Assembly: GCA_964016885.1 (NCBI GenBank)
Contig: OZ024746.1
Coordinates: 23,250,001 to 23,314,000, forward strand
Source of the DNA: Eledone cirrhosa
Lineage: Eukaryota
Length of the DNA stretch: 64,000 nt
Direction of reading: 5' to 3'
Below are positions 41,030 to 52,778 of this stretch, in pieces. Position numbers and translations under genes: made by a program. A model generated the notes under the pieces. The model was not told where the DNA came from and ran no database searches. It saw nothing but the letters and a program-made list of their open reading frames with translations. How positions within the stretch are numbered: the first letter of the stretch is position 1; each line of letters opens with the position of its first letter.

Positions 41030-41689
41030 GTTTGTATCTTATCTGTCTTTGTTATCTGTCAAGTGTTCCTCTTCATCTTCACCACGACTGCCAACACCAA
41101 TGCCAACACAACCACTAACACTGCCATCATCATCACTACCACCAACATAACCACCAATACCTCCACCATCACCATCACTACCACCATTATCATCACCACT
41201 ACAACACCAACACTGCCACCATCATTATCATTGTTTCTACCACAACCACCAACACTGCCACCACCACCATCATCATCATTACACCACCAACACTGCCACC
41301 ATCATCATCATTGCCATCACAACCACCTCCACCATTATCATCACCATGACTACCACCACTCCACCCACCATAATCAACGCCACCACCACTGTCACCAGTT
41401 AGCATTCAATGCCATCACCCTCTACAGCTAACCATCATTCTCTCTTCCTTACCATCTCACGTATTAGTTGCTTTCTATCAGTTGCTTTTTCTAGCCATGA
41501 TGCATCTCTATTGCTATCCCATCACCTTGCTCATGCTGTCTACTCAATACCCAACATGTATCTATTATTGTCCATCTCTTTCCCCTACCATCCTATTGCG
41601 TTGTTTCCCTCATCACATTCATATTCATATACTCTCCTCTTTCAACCTCTTCACCATTATGCCCCTTCTCATCACACTTTCATGCAAAA

Positions 41690-41867
41690 TAATTGTTTCT
41701 ACTTTAGGCACAAGGCCAGCAATTACCCAGTGCATTACTGGTACTTTATTTTATCGACTCCGTAAGGATGAAAGGCAAAGTCAACCTTGGCGTGATTTGA
41801 ACTCAGATCGTAAAGGGACGTAACTATGCTGGAAAGCATGGCGTCCGACCTTCTACCGATACTGCCA
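41690..41867 (-). mobile_element. tRNA-SINE, Nin/Deu-like family copy
   Basis: Reverse copy with TSD CATGC(A/G)AAATAAT. Confidence 0.85.
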
Positions 41868-43562
41868 CCATGCGAAATAATGAAGATTATATAGAGTAAA
41901 AAGGAATATTTATCCTTAGAAGGGACAAGACAACATCTGTAGTGCTGGAACTATGATAAAATGCACCCAGGTGCTTGAAAATTGAACAACAGTGGAGAAA
42001 GAGAATATATAAATGACCATGGGTTTTGCACCTAGAAAGTTCCCCTCTGAGGCACCAGCCTGGGCATGGTAGAAGACCAGCAGTCACCCATCTATACCAG
42101 TTATCCCTCTCCACACCACTGATACAGCTTGGGACCATTGACATTGAAGCTCATTTCTACAGCTGAGTGAACTGCAGCAACATGAAATAAAGTGTCTTGC
42201 TCAAGTACACAATGCATCACCCTTACGTTTATGAGTCCAACACTTTAACCACTAAGCCACACACCTTTACAAGAGGACTTCTGTTATTGCCATAATTAGT
42301 TTATTTGGTTTAACATTTAATTAGGTGATATCTTTCTGAATCCTTATCAAGTAAATAGCTAATTTTTGCAATATATTCACCAATGTCCCATGATTGTGAA
42401 TATATTATATTGTTTTTATTCATGTTGATGTTGTTTTGTCACCCTTTTATTACTAAAACACCTGAAACTGCTCCTGAATGTTATCATAAACCTTTCATTA
42501 CTAAGATACTTAAAACTACACTTGATTCTATGATACAAAACTGTCTTTTTTTAAAGTGTTTTTAAAGAATTTTCCAAATTCTTAAATATTTTCAAAATTA
42601 ATTGAAAACAACACGTGGTGTCTCATAAGAAATATTGTAACGAAAGGATTAAATAATGCAGAGCTTATTTAAGTTTTGTGTTGTGCAACTGTTTACTGCT
42701 GTGTGGGTTTCTATTTTACTATATTCACTGCTGAGTGAAGACTTCCCCAAATGTAACATAACTCATGCAACAATAGAATTGGTTGGTGCTTCTCAGAGGT
42801 GTGTATGTGTGTGATGTGGAAAGACACAAACTCAGCTAACCCATGCCAGCAGAGGAAAACAGTCTTATAAGGAGGAGGAGGATAATTTTATATAATTGCT
42901 ATATTAACTTTATCGCATTTACACTGCTAAAATTGGAAATAGATAAATAAATAAATAAATTCAGTTTGATGTCATCTGTTGCAAGGAAGATAACTCTCAT
43001 TATATTTCAACAAAGTAAAGACAAGAAAAACATTTCATCAAAGGTTTATTTCTATAAATACACGGATTCCTAGATAGAGATGTCCATACTGAACTGCATT
43101 TTTAATTTTTTTATCATTTAGTCAGGAAGGGAAAGGCGTATACCATAACACTTTAAATGTTCATCTCCACCCCTCAGACTGGTGGGGGTAATGAGTAATC
43201 CTGAAACTGGGGACCTGGTCTGAACATTTGTAATAGAGTAGACTCTACTAAAGACACACAAGGGTCAGATGGTGGTGTTAATCTGGATGACAGATTAACT
43301 CTAGCCCCCATGCTGATTAATGATAGGTATATATTTCTATTCACTCTTCCTCCCCTTTTCTCCCTCTTTCCACCCATTCTCACCCACCCCCACCCCCTCA
43401 TACTTCTACTACTATAGCAGTGTATCTTCTGCAGAACTTGTTTATTGCCATCATCATGATAATTCCCTCTGAAGATGGCCACAGGGTACAACAACTGAAA
43501 TGTTGTGACTGTAACAGCCAAGATGAGAACACTAGTCTGAATATATCAGTATATAATAATAA

Positions 43563-43746
43563 TAATTGTTTCTACTTTTGGCACAAGGCCAGCAATTACC
43601 CAGTACATTACTGGTACTTTATTTTATCGACCCCGTAAGGATGACAGGCAAAGTTAACCTGTGGGATTTGAACTCAGAATGGCAAGGGCCGTAACTCTAT
43701 GCGTCAAAGCATGGCGTCCGACCCTCTACCGATACTGCCAATCCAA
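43563..43746 (-). mobile_element. tRNA-SINE, Nin/Deu-like family copy
   Basis: Reverse copy inserted in (AAT)n. Confidence 0.85.
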
Positions 43747-43868
43747 TAATAATAATAATAATTTGTCATGCCATAAATTCAAAGTTTACATCATTACTCT
43801 CAACATTACAAGTTGAAGTTCTAATCTTTTTTTCTCTCTCTCTATTTTATTTTATACTTATTCTTCAG

Positions 43869-43943
43869 TGAAAGAAGAAGACCTCAACAGTACTTCTTCT
43901 GACTCTACTGCATACAAACAAGAAGATGCTGACTTAATACCAG
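43869..43943 (+). CDS. Pdp1: PAR-bZIP exon (75 nt)
   Basis: Long pyrimidine tract plus CTTCAG acceptor, CAG|GTAAGA donor, phase 1-1. Encodes VKEEDLNSTSSDSTAYKQEDADLIP. Confidence 0.8.
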
Positions 43944-44164
43944 GTAAGATTCACTGTTGTAGTTTGTTTGTTTTTCCATGAGATAGAGTTTGTCTAGAAA
44001 TGTGGTTACAAAAAGGGGTTATTAATTATTCAAGAGAATCCTGGACAAAACTAGCTTCTGGTTTTAGTCATTTCTGATTCGTTCAAACCTCTAAACTTGT
44101 CTTCTTTATAGCAAGCTGAGTGTATTTTTTAGGGGTTTTAGCTGAATCCCCCTCTAAGCATTTA

Positions 44165-44445
44165 GTAATATATTGGGGTCCACTAGTACTACTTTAACCA
44201 ATCAACCAGTAATATATTGGTGTCCACTGGTACTACATCAGTCAAATAACCAGTAATATATTGATACCTGTCAGTACTACATTAGGCAACCAGTAATATA
44301 TTGGTGTCCACTGGTACTACATCAGTCAAATAACCAGTAATATATTGATGTCCACTGGTACAATGTTAGCTAACCAACCAGTAATATATTGGTGTCCATC
44401 AGGTACTACATTAGCTAATCAACCAGTAATATATTGGGGTCCGCT
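44165..44445. repeat. About 40-bp intronic tandem repeat
   Basis: Units of AACCAGTAATATATTGGTGTCCACTGGTACTACAT. Confidence 0.85.
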
Positions 44446-44530
44446 GGTGCCCTCCTGTTTAATATATTTGCCTGTCAGCAGATTTTTTTGCTGCTGCTCT
44501 ATTACACATTTTACATTCGGTTCTTTGTAG

Positions 44531-44671
44531 AAGATGATGATGAAGAAGAAGAAGATGAGGAGGAGGAGGAGGATGAGGAGGAGGAGGAGGAGGAGGAAGG
44601 TGATGATGAGGATAGTAATTGTAGTTCTGATGTATTTGAACCACCAAAACCTGGCAGATCTCAGGTTCCAG
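44531..44671 (+). CDS. Pdp1: PAR-bZIP acidic exon (141 nt)
   Basis: TTCTTTGTAG acceptor, CAG|GTAAAA donor, phase 1-1. Encodes a poly-D/E tract then SNCSSDVFEPPKPGRSQVP. Confidence 0.78.
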
Positions 44672-44772
44672 GTAAAAATAAATTCTTTTTCCTTGTGTAT
44701 TTTGATTTTATTTCAAAAGGATTCTCGGTCGAAAAAAAAAAAAGATCTTGGAATCCTACTTTAAAACTGTCT

Positions 44773-45300
44773 CCAGCTTATCAAAGTGTTGTAAGATGGT
44801 GGGCACTAGACCAGCTTATCAAAGAGTTGTGAGATGGTGGACACTAGACCAGCTTATCAAAGAGTTGTGAGATGGTGGACACTAGACCAGCTTATCAAAG
44901 TGTTGTGAGATGGTGGACACCAGACCAGCTTATCAAAGAGCTGTGAGATGGTGGACACCAGACCAGCTCATCAAAGAGTTGTGAGATGGTGGACACCAGA
45001 CAAGCTTATCAAAGAGTTGTGAGATGATGGGCACCAGACAATCTTATCAAAGAGTTGTGAGATGGTGGGCACCAGACCAGCTTATCAAAGAGTTGTGAGA
45101 TGATGGGCACCAGACAATCTTATCAAAGAGTTGTGAGATGGTGGGCACCAGACCAGCTTATCAAAGAGTTGTGAGATGGTGGACACCAGACAATCTTATC
45201 AAAGAGTTGTGAGATGGTGGACACTAGACAATCTTTTCAAAGAGTTGTGAGATGGTGGAAACCACACAATCTTATCAAAGAGTTGTGAGATGGTGGACAT
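44773..45300. repeat. 38-bp minisatellite
   Basis: Unit CCAGCTTATCAAAGAGTTGTGAGATGGTGGACACTAGA, about 14 copies. Confidence 0.95.
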
Positions 45301-45519
45301 CAACCTAACATATCATACACAATCTTAACTTTCACAATATTATTTTCTCTCTGAGATAGATTGTGTGATACATGGTTGCGAGATATGGGCAATAACCCAC
45401 CATATCAAACAGTTGTGAGACAGAGGACTTCAGCCCAGCATATCAGACAGTTATGAGACAGGATGCCAACCCAGCATATCATACACAATCTTGAATCTTA
45501 CAATGTTATTTTCTCTCTG

Positions 45520-45935
45520 AATAAATGGTAGATTGTGTGATACCTGAGTGTGAAGTGTGATGTTACATGGTTGTGAGACGTGGACAGTAAATGTAGACAA
45601 TGTGCAGTTGTTAGAAGCAAATAAATGAAGCATACTCTGTTGAATGTTAATGTGTATGAATGACAAAACATGGATGAGCTGAGAGAAAAACTGGTTATAA
45701 GAGGAATCAGATGTAGTGTACAGGAAAAAAAACTGCACTGCTATGGAAATATGATGCATTATGAATGAGGATCATTGGGTGAATAAGTGTCAACAGTCAG
45801 TTCCCAGTGGAAGGAAACTGCAGAAGAGGAATACCAAGGAAAACTGATCTCAAAAGGCTAAACCTCACAGAGATGACGAAACACAAGTGGAGGGAAGTTG
45901 TGCTAGAATAGACTCATGCCAACATGGAAAATGAT
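45520..45935 (+). mobile_element. Degenerate RTE LINE 3' fragment
   Basis: Decayed LHGCETW / ELREKL / LHCYGNMMH motifs. Similar fragments at about 59205-59605 and 5290-5545 (minus). Confidence 0.65.
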
Positions 45936-47460
45936 TATTTTCATTAGGGTGGTGAATTTGTATCATTAGAGCGTTCAACAACATGCTTTATAGCATATAG
46001 TTGCATCCCTTTACATTCTCAGTTTAAATTACACCAAGGTCAACTTTGCATTTCATCCTTACAGGGTCAATGAAATAAAGTTCCAGTAACACACTGGGGT
46101 CAATATAATCCACTTTCCCCTACTCCAAAATTCTTGACCTTGTGCCTAAATCAGAATTATTAAGTTATTTTGTCAAGTGGTGGGTTGGCAGAATTGTTAG
46201 GGGGTGTTAAACAAATGATTTATGGTATTTGTTCTGGTTCAAATCTTACTGAGATAAATTTTGCTTTTCATCCTTTCGGGGTCAATAAAATAAGGTACTG
46301 GTCATGTACTGGGTTTGATTTAATTGACTTTTTCCTTTTCCTTTTCCTTAAATTTACTGGTCCTGTGCCAAAATTAAAAACCATTGTTAGTTTTTTTGTT
46401 TTTTTTTTTGTTAACTTTAGAAAGAAAAAAAACTAAGTCTATCTTTGGAGGAATTCATGGAATGTCGATAAGTTTAAATTATTGAACTTACCGAAATTTT
46501 ATGAATTAATTGAAAATAAATTGTAGCCAATATAAAGCCTTTCTGGACTTTACCAGATTTGAACTCTTGAACACAAAACAAGTGACATGTGATTGTTTAA
46601 CTCAGTTTAACATTCAAAGACTGTTGATGTCTTAGATTCATTTTAGCCTGGCAATCTTGTTGGTGACTCGAAAAAAGCACCTAGCTCACTCTGTCGGGTG
46701 ATCTTGTTGGTGACTCCCAAAAAAGTACCCAGTCCACTCTGTAAGGTATCATACTGGTGACACAATAATAAAGCCCCCAGTCTACCTAGTAAGGTATCAT
46801 GCTGGTGACATGACGAAAAAGCACCCAGTTCACCCTTTTAGATGGTCATTTTGGTACCATGATAAAAAGCCTCCAGTCCACACTCTAACATGGTTAGCAT
46901 CCAGCCATAGAAACCAAGCTAAAATACAGATCCTTATGAGCAAGGGGTGGTCACCTGAACTGAATTGTCTCATAATTTGACAACCCATCTAACCCATACA
47001 ATCATGAAAAAATGGACATTAAATGGTGATGATGTACTGGGTGAATTTTTATGGCACCAACACTAAGGAGAATGTTATATCTTCAGCAAGACTAAAGAGT
47101 CCTCTCTTCTCTATTTTGTCTCTGCATATTCAACCACCATTTTATAGAGTGTACTGGGTGCATTTCATTATGGCACCAATACTAAAGGAGTTGTCATGTC
47201 CTCAACAACTAAAAAGTCCTCTCTACCATACATTCTCTCTGACTATACATCCTCCATTTTTACAAGGCGTAATCATTTTTTAATCTCATTTGCAGTTTTT
47301 TTGTCTTCTTTTCTGTTTACCATCAAAGCTTACAAAACTCACAGGAAGTACAACTGACAACCTTTTATGTAATGTTTCAATTCTTTTGAACTTTAAAGTT
47401 TCTAAGAAAGAGAGTACTAATTAAAAGGTTCATCTGATTTTCTGCAATATTATTTCTTAG

Positions 47461-47650
47461 GGCGGTAGATTGGCAGTATCGGTAGAGGGTCGGACGCCAT
47501 GCTTTGACGCATAGAGTTACGGCCCTTGCTATTCTGAGGTCAAATCCCGCCGAGGTTAACTTTGCCTTTCATCCTTATGGGGTCGATAAAATAAAGTACC
47601 AGTAATACACTGGATAATTGCTGGCCTTGTGCCAAAAGTAGAAACAATTA
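47461..47650 (+). mobile_element. tRNA-SINE, Nin/Deu-like family copy
   Basis: Near-consensus copy with TSD ATTATTTCTTAG. Confidence 0.88.
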
Positions 47651-48827
47651 TTTCTTAGTAGGCATGATATATAGAAGTAAGATAAAAAGAGAACAATAAA
47701 GTAAGATATAAAGATATATATATATATATATATAAAGATATATAAAGAGCAGAGACATGCTAGGGAAAATAGCACCCATGGCTTGCGCCCTGCCCAAACA
47801 GCTGATACCCATCTTTTAAATAACCATAAAATCAGCTCGAAAATACCAATCATGTACATTAATTTCTTTTATTGAAAACAATACATGAAAATTGCAACCA
47901 CAAATTCCTCAAATCAAAGACAGATCATACATCTGGAGAAGTTTCTTCTTTCACTCTCCGACGATAGCTTTTCTGACTTTAATAAAAAGTGCTCAGAGTC
48001 CAAGTGGTGCCCCCCACCCCTTCATGTGGAACCCATGGCACGCGCCATGCTTGCCATACCCTAGTTACACCTCTGATAAAGAGATATATAAAGTAAGAGC
48101 TGGAAACCAATAAGGACACGTCATCAATATTTTACATCTGTTTTCCAGATTTTCTGGTGCCACAGCCAATGAGGGTTAGTTTAGGTGTGGTTATTACTAG
48201 TTGAATCCATCTGTTTTTCTGGCTGACTTGATTTGGACAGGTTGTCATGGTTCAACACAAGATAGATACTATATCTTGCTTATATGTTCAATATTTTGTC
48301 ATGGTTTCTACAGCTGGATGCTCTTCCTAATTAATGCCAACCACTTTACTGAGTGTACTGAATGCATTTTATATTGGCATCAGCGTGAGAGAAGTTGTCA
48401 GATCTTTGACAAGACTAAAGAATCCTCTCTACCCTATGTTATCTTGGTTTGTATATCAACCACTTTACAGAGTACATTCCACCATGACACCAACACCAGA
48501 GACATTGTCCTGTCCACTGCAGGTCCAAATAGACCTCTCCACTCTATGCAGTCTCTGATCTCCCACCACATTTTCAAAACAGCCCCAAATTCTATAACAA
48601 TAGGCAAATGTTTGTGATGGATAAAAAAAAAATGGCTGTTTATTGCAGGTAGCAAGTTCAACACACAATTTATGATAACCTATTTACAACAGTCCTGCAA
48701 AATATAACATTCATGGTCCTCTTGAGGGTGAGTGGGTGGGTGTATCACAGAAGAGACAGTAATCTCACGATATATGATCAGGTAGAGTGCAATCCTTTAC
48801 TAACCCAAATCATCATCATCATCATGG

Positions 48828-48858
<31 letters not shown>

Positions 48859-48990
48859 ACACAAAGTTGCGATAAGACAAAGATTTCTAAAGACTTTTCC
48901 ATTGATATCTACAATATTTCCCTGAAGTGTTCTACAGACTTCCAGAAATATCTTAATATATATTAAGTATTATTTTTCTTCAAATTTTAG

Positions 48991-49073
48991 GTAAAAATGG
49001 CTTTGATCCTGCCAAGCGAAAGTTTTCGTCAGATGAACTGAAACCACAGCCACTTGTCAAAAAGTCAAAGAAA
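48991..49073 (+). CDS. Pdp1: PAR-bZIP exon encoding the PAR domain
   Basis: TTTTAG acceptor and AAA|GTAAGT donor, phase 1-0. Encodes GKNGFDPAKRKFSSDELKPQPLVKKSKK, the PAR signature. Confidence 0.95.
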
Positions 49074-49249
49074 GTAAGTTAACTCTTTCATCCCCATATT
49101 TCTACAGGTTTCAGTTAATTTTGAAAATAATCAAGAATTTCGAAGGGTTTAGTAAAATAACAAATTTTAGCATTATAAAGATCTTGATTAGGATATAGCT
49201 TCATGAAGATTCTTACATAAAATTATTATTAAAGTTTTAAATTTGATAT

Positions 49250-51180
49250 GTAGAGACAGTCCTGGGCAGATTAGAGACAGTCTTGGGAAGATTAGAGACA
49301 GTCTTGGGCAGATTAGAGACAGTCTTCGGCAGATTAGAGACAGTCCTTTGAAGATTAGAGACAGTTTTGGGAAGATTAGAGATAGACTTGGGCAGATTAG
49401 AGACAGTCCTTGGAAGATTAGAGACAGTCTTGGGCAGATTAGAGACAGTCTTGGGAAGATTAGAGACAGTCTTGGGCAGATTAGAGATAGTCTTGGGCAG
49501 ATTAGAGACAGTCTTGGGCAGATTAGAGGCAGTCTTGGGCAGATTAGAGACAGTCTTGGGAAGATTAGAGACAGTCCTGGGAAGATTAGAGATAGTCTTG
49601 GGCAGATTAGAGGCAGTCCTTGGGCAGATTAGAAGCAGTCCTTGGAAGATTAGAGACAGTCTTGGGAAGATTAGAGACAGTCTTGGGCAGATTAGAGATA
49701 GTCTTGGGCAGATTAGAGACAGTCTTGGAAAGATTATTAGATAGTCTTGTGAAGATTAGAGACAGTCTTGGGCAGATTAGAGACAGTCTTGGGCAGATTA
49801 GAGATAGTCTTGGGCAGATTAGAGACAGTCTTGGGCAGATTAGAGACAGTCTTGGGAAGATTAGAGACAGTCTTGGGAAGATTATTAGATAGTCTTGGGA
49901 AGATTATTAGATAGTCTTGGGAAGATTAGAGACAGTCTTGGGAAGATTAGAGACAGTCTTGGGCAGATTAGAGACAGTCCTAGGAAGATTAGAGACAGTC
50001 TTGGGCAGATTAGAGATAGTCTTGGGTAGATTAGAGATTAGAGACAGTCTTGGGCAGATTAGAGACAGTCTTGGGAAGATTAGAGTCAGTCCTAGGAAGA
50101 TTAGAGATAGTCTTGGGAAGATTAGAGACAGTCTTGGGAAGATTAGAGATAGTCTTGAGCAGATTAGAGACAGTCTTGGGAAGATTAGAGACAGTTTGGG
50201 CAGATTAGAGATAGTCTTGGGCAGATTAGAGATAGTCTTGGGCAGATTAGAGACAGTCTTGTGCAGATTAGAGACAGTCTTGGGAAGATTTGAGACAGTC
50301 CTGGGAAGATTAGAGACAGTCTTGGGCAGATTAGAGACAGTCTTGGGAAGATTTGAGACAGTCCTAGGAAGATTAGAGACAGTCTTGGGCAGATTAGAGA
50401 CAGTCTTGGGAAGATTAGAGACAGTCTTGGGAAGATTAGAGACAGTCTTGGGCAGATTAGAGACAGTCTTGGGAAGATTAGAGATAGTCTTGGGCAGATT
50501 AGAGATAGTCTTAGGCAGATTAGAGACAGTCTTGGGCAGATTAGAGACAGTCTTGGGGAGATTAGAGACAGTCTTGGGCAGATTAGAGACAGTCCTAGGA
50601 AGATTAGAGACAGTCTTGGGCAGATTAGAGATAGTCTTGGGTAGATTAGAGATTAGAGACAGTCCTAGGATTATCTCTAATTTGCCCAAGACTGTCTCTA
50701 ATCTGCCCAAGACTATCTCTAATCTGCCCAAGACTGTCTCTAATCCTCCCAAGATTATCTCTAATCAGCCCAAGACTATCTCTAATCAGCCCAAGACTAT
50801 CTCTAATCAGCCCAAGACTATCTCTAATCTTCCTAGGACTGATTAGAGACAGTTTTGGGCAGATTAGAGACAGTCTTGGGAAGATTAGAGATAGTCTTGG
50901 GCAGATTAGAGATATACTTGGGCAGATTAGAGACAGTCTTGGGCAGATTGGAGACATTTTTGGGCAGATTAGAGACAGTCATGTCAAGATTAGAGAGTCT
51001 TGGGCAGATTAGAGACAGTCCTAGGAAGATTAGAGACAGTTTTGGGCAGATTAGAGACTGTTCTAGGAAGATTAGAGACAGTCCTATGAATATTAGAATC
51101 AGTCTTGGGCAGATTAGAGACAGTCTTGGGCAGATTATAATCAGTCTTGGGCAGATTAGAGACAGTCTTGGGAAGATTCG
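49250..51180. repeat. 21-bp minisatellite with internal inversion
   Basis: Unit GATTAGAGACAGTCTTGGG(C/A)A; block about 50667-50834 is reverse-oriented. Confidence 0.95.
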
Positions 51181-51641
51181 TATCAAGTGTTAAAACAAAT
51201 TCCAGCTATACTTTTATAGTTTTGGGTGATTGGTTAAGTCTACCACCCAAGTATGCCAAAGCAGAATTTGAACTCAGAATACAAATAACTGGAAGAAATA
51301 ACACAAGTATCCCATCTGACTCTAACAATTCTGTCAGTCCCCCCTGCTACTTTAGTTATCAACCTCAGAATGATAGAAGGCCAAGTTGACCTCAGTGGAA
51401 TTTGAACTCAACACAAGGAGTCAAAACCAGTTCTGATTCCATGAAACAAAACTACCGATTTTAAAGAATTCTTATTTAAATTTAAATCTTCCAACATAAT
51501 TATATATATGAACCATATGTTAAGTTACTGTTTTTGTAATGAAATAATTAATAACTTTAAGAAACCTCTCTTCATTGATTAATTGAAATAGAGGGTATTT
51601 CATGAAAGGGTTAATACTTTTAAACAAGTTCTTTTTTCTAG

Positions 51642-51911
51642 ATATTCGTACCAGTTGAAAGAAAAGACGAAAAGTACTGGGCCCGGCGTAAGAAGAACAA
51701 TATTGCTGCTAAGCGGTCTCGTGATGCTCGCCGTGTCAAGGAGAACCAAATTGCTCTGAGAGCCAACTTTCTGGAGAGTGAGAACCTAAACTTGCGAGAG
51801 AAAATGGCCAAAGTTCTGAAAGATATGTCTCAGATCAAGAAAGAAAAAGACACACTTAAAAGTGACAATGATTTCCTGCGGAAACAACTAAGCAAGTACA
51901 GTTGCCAGTAA
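51642..51911 (+). CDS. Pdp1: PAR-bZIP terminal exon (basic region and leucine zipper)
   Basis: TTTTTTCTAG acceptor, phase 0. Encodes [54 protein letters not shown]...[11 protein letters not shown], stop TAA at 51909-51911. Confidence 0.97.
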   Translation: MFVPVERKDEKYWARRKKNNIAAKRSRDARRVKENQIALRANFLESENLNLREKMAKVLKDMSQIKKEKDTLKSDNDFLRKQLSKYSCQ

Positions 51912-52009
51912 ATATACACCACACCATACTATACCTCACTACACTACACCTCAGAAATAACTCACAACACAAACGGACACCTAATTGTGTAGCATTATAA
52001 TTTTGTGGA

Positions 52010-52192
52010 ATTGGCAGTATCGGTAGAGGGTCGGACGCCATGCTTTGACGCATAGAGTTACGGCCCTTGCCATTCTGAGTTCAAATCCCGCGAAGGTAAA
52101 CTTTGCCTTTCATCCTTACGGGGTCGATAAAATAAAGTACCAGTAATGCACTGGGTAATTGCTGGCCTTGGGCCAAAAGTAGAAACAATTAT
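52010..52192 (+). mobile_element. tRNA-SINE in the proximal 3' UTR
   Basis: Perfect 16-bp TSD ATTATAATTTTGTGGA at 51994-52009 and 52188-52203. Confidence 0.9.
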
Positions 52193-52413
52193 AATTTTGT
52201 GGATCCTAGCAGACAGGTTTCATTAATCTGAATCTGTTGAGAAATTGTAGAGATTTTGGGGAATTGATGTTATTTTTTATTTCTTATTTTCTCTCAGTGA
52301 GATTTTCCAAAAACATTGGTCACATAATTCTACACATTTTACCGGTTTCATTATTCACAGACTTTATAACATGTAGCTTTTATAAAGTGGCATGAACATA
52401 TTATGAACAGTGT

Positions 52414-52435
52414 TATATATATATACACACACACA

Positions 52436-52501
<66 letters not shown>

Positions 52502-52732
52502 TGTATGTATATATATATGTATGTATATATATATATATGTATATGTATATATGTATATGTATATATATATGTATATATATATATATATAATATATATATG
52601 TATATATGTATATATATATATGTATATATATATATGCGTGTATATATATGTGTATATATGTGTATATATATATATGTGTATATATATGTGTGTATATATG
52701 TGTATATATATATATGTGTGTATATATATATA

Positions 52733-52773
<41 letters not shown>
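52414..52773. repeat. Compound (TA)n/(TG)n microsatellite
   Basis: Direct observation. Confidence 0.95.

Positions 52774-52778
<5 letters not shown>

Noticed and set aside
41080-41400. His-rich or Thr-rich ORFs
   Set aside because: (CAC/CAT)n low-complexity DNA downstream of the 41030 donor.
33642-42618. CACGTG E-boxes (about 33642, 36583, 42613) as CLOCK/CYCLE sites
   Set aside because: Scattered, partly within repeats, and not obviously above chance frequency.
44773-45300. CRISPR-like regular repeats
   Set aside because: Units are contiguous with no unique spacers; eukaryotic intron, no cas genes.
49243-51193. Heptad, zipper-like ORFs (LGRLETV / IRDSLGQ)
   Set aside because: Artefact of the 21-bp intronic minisatellite; the flanking exons join in frame without it.
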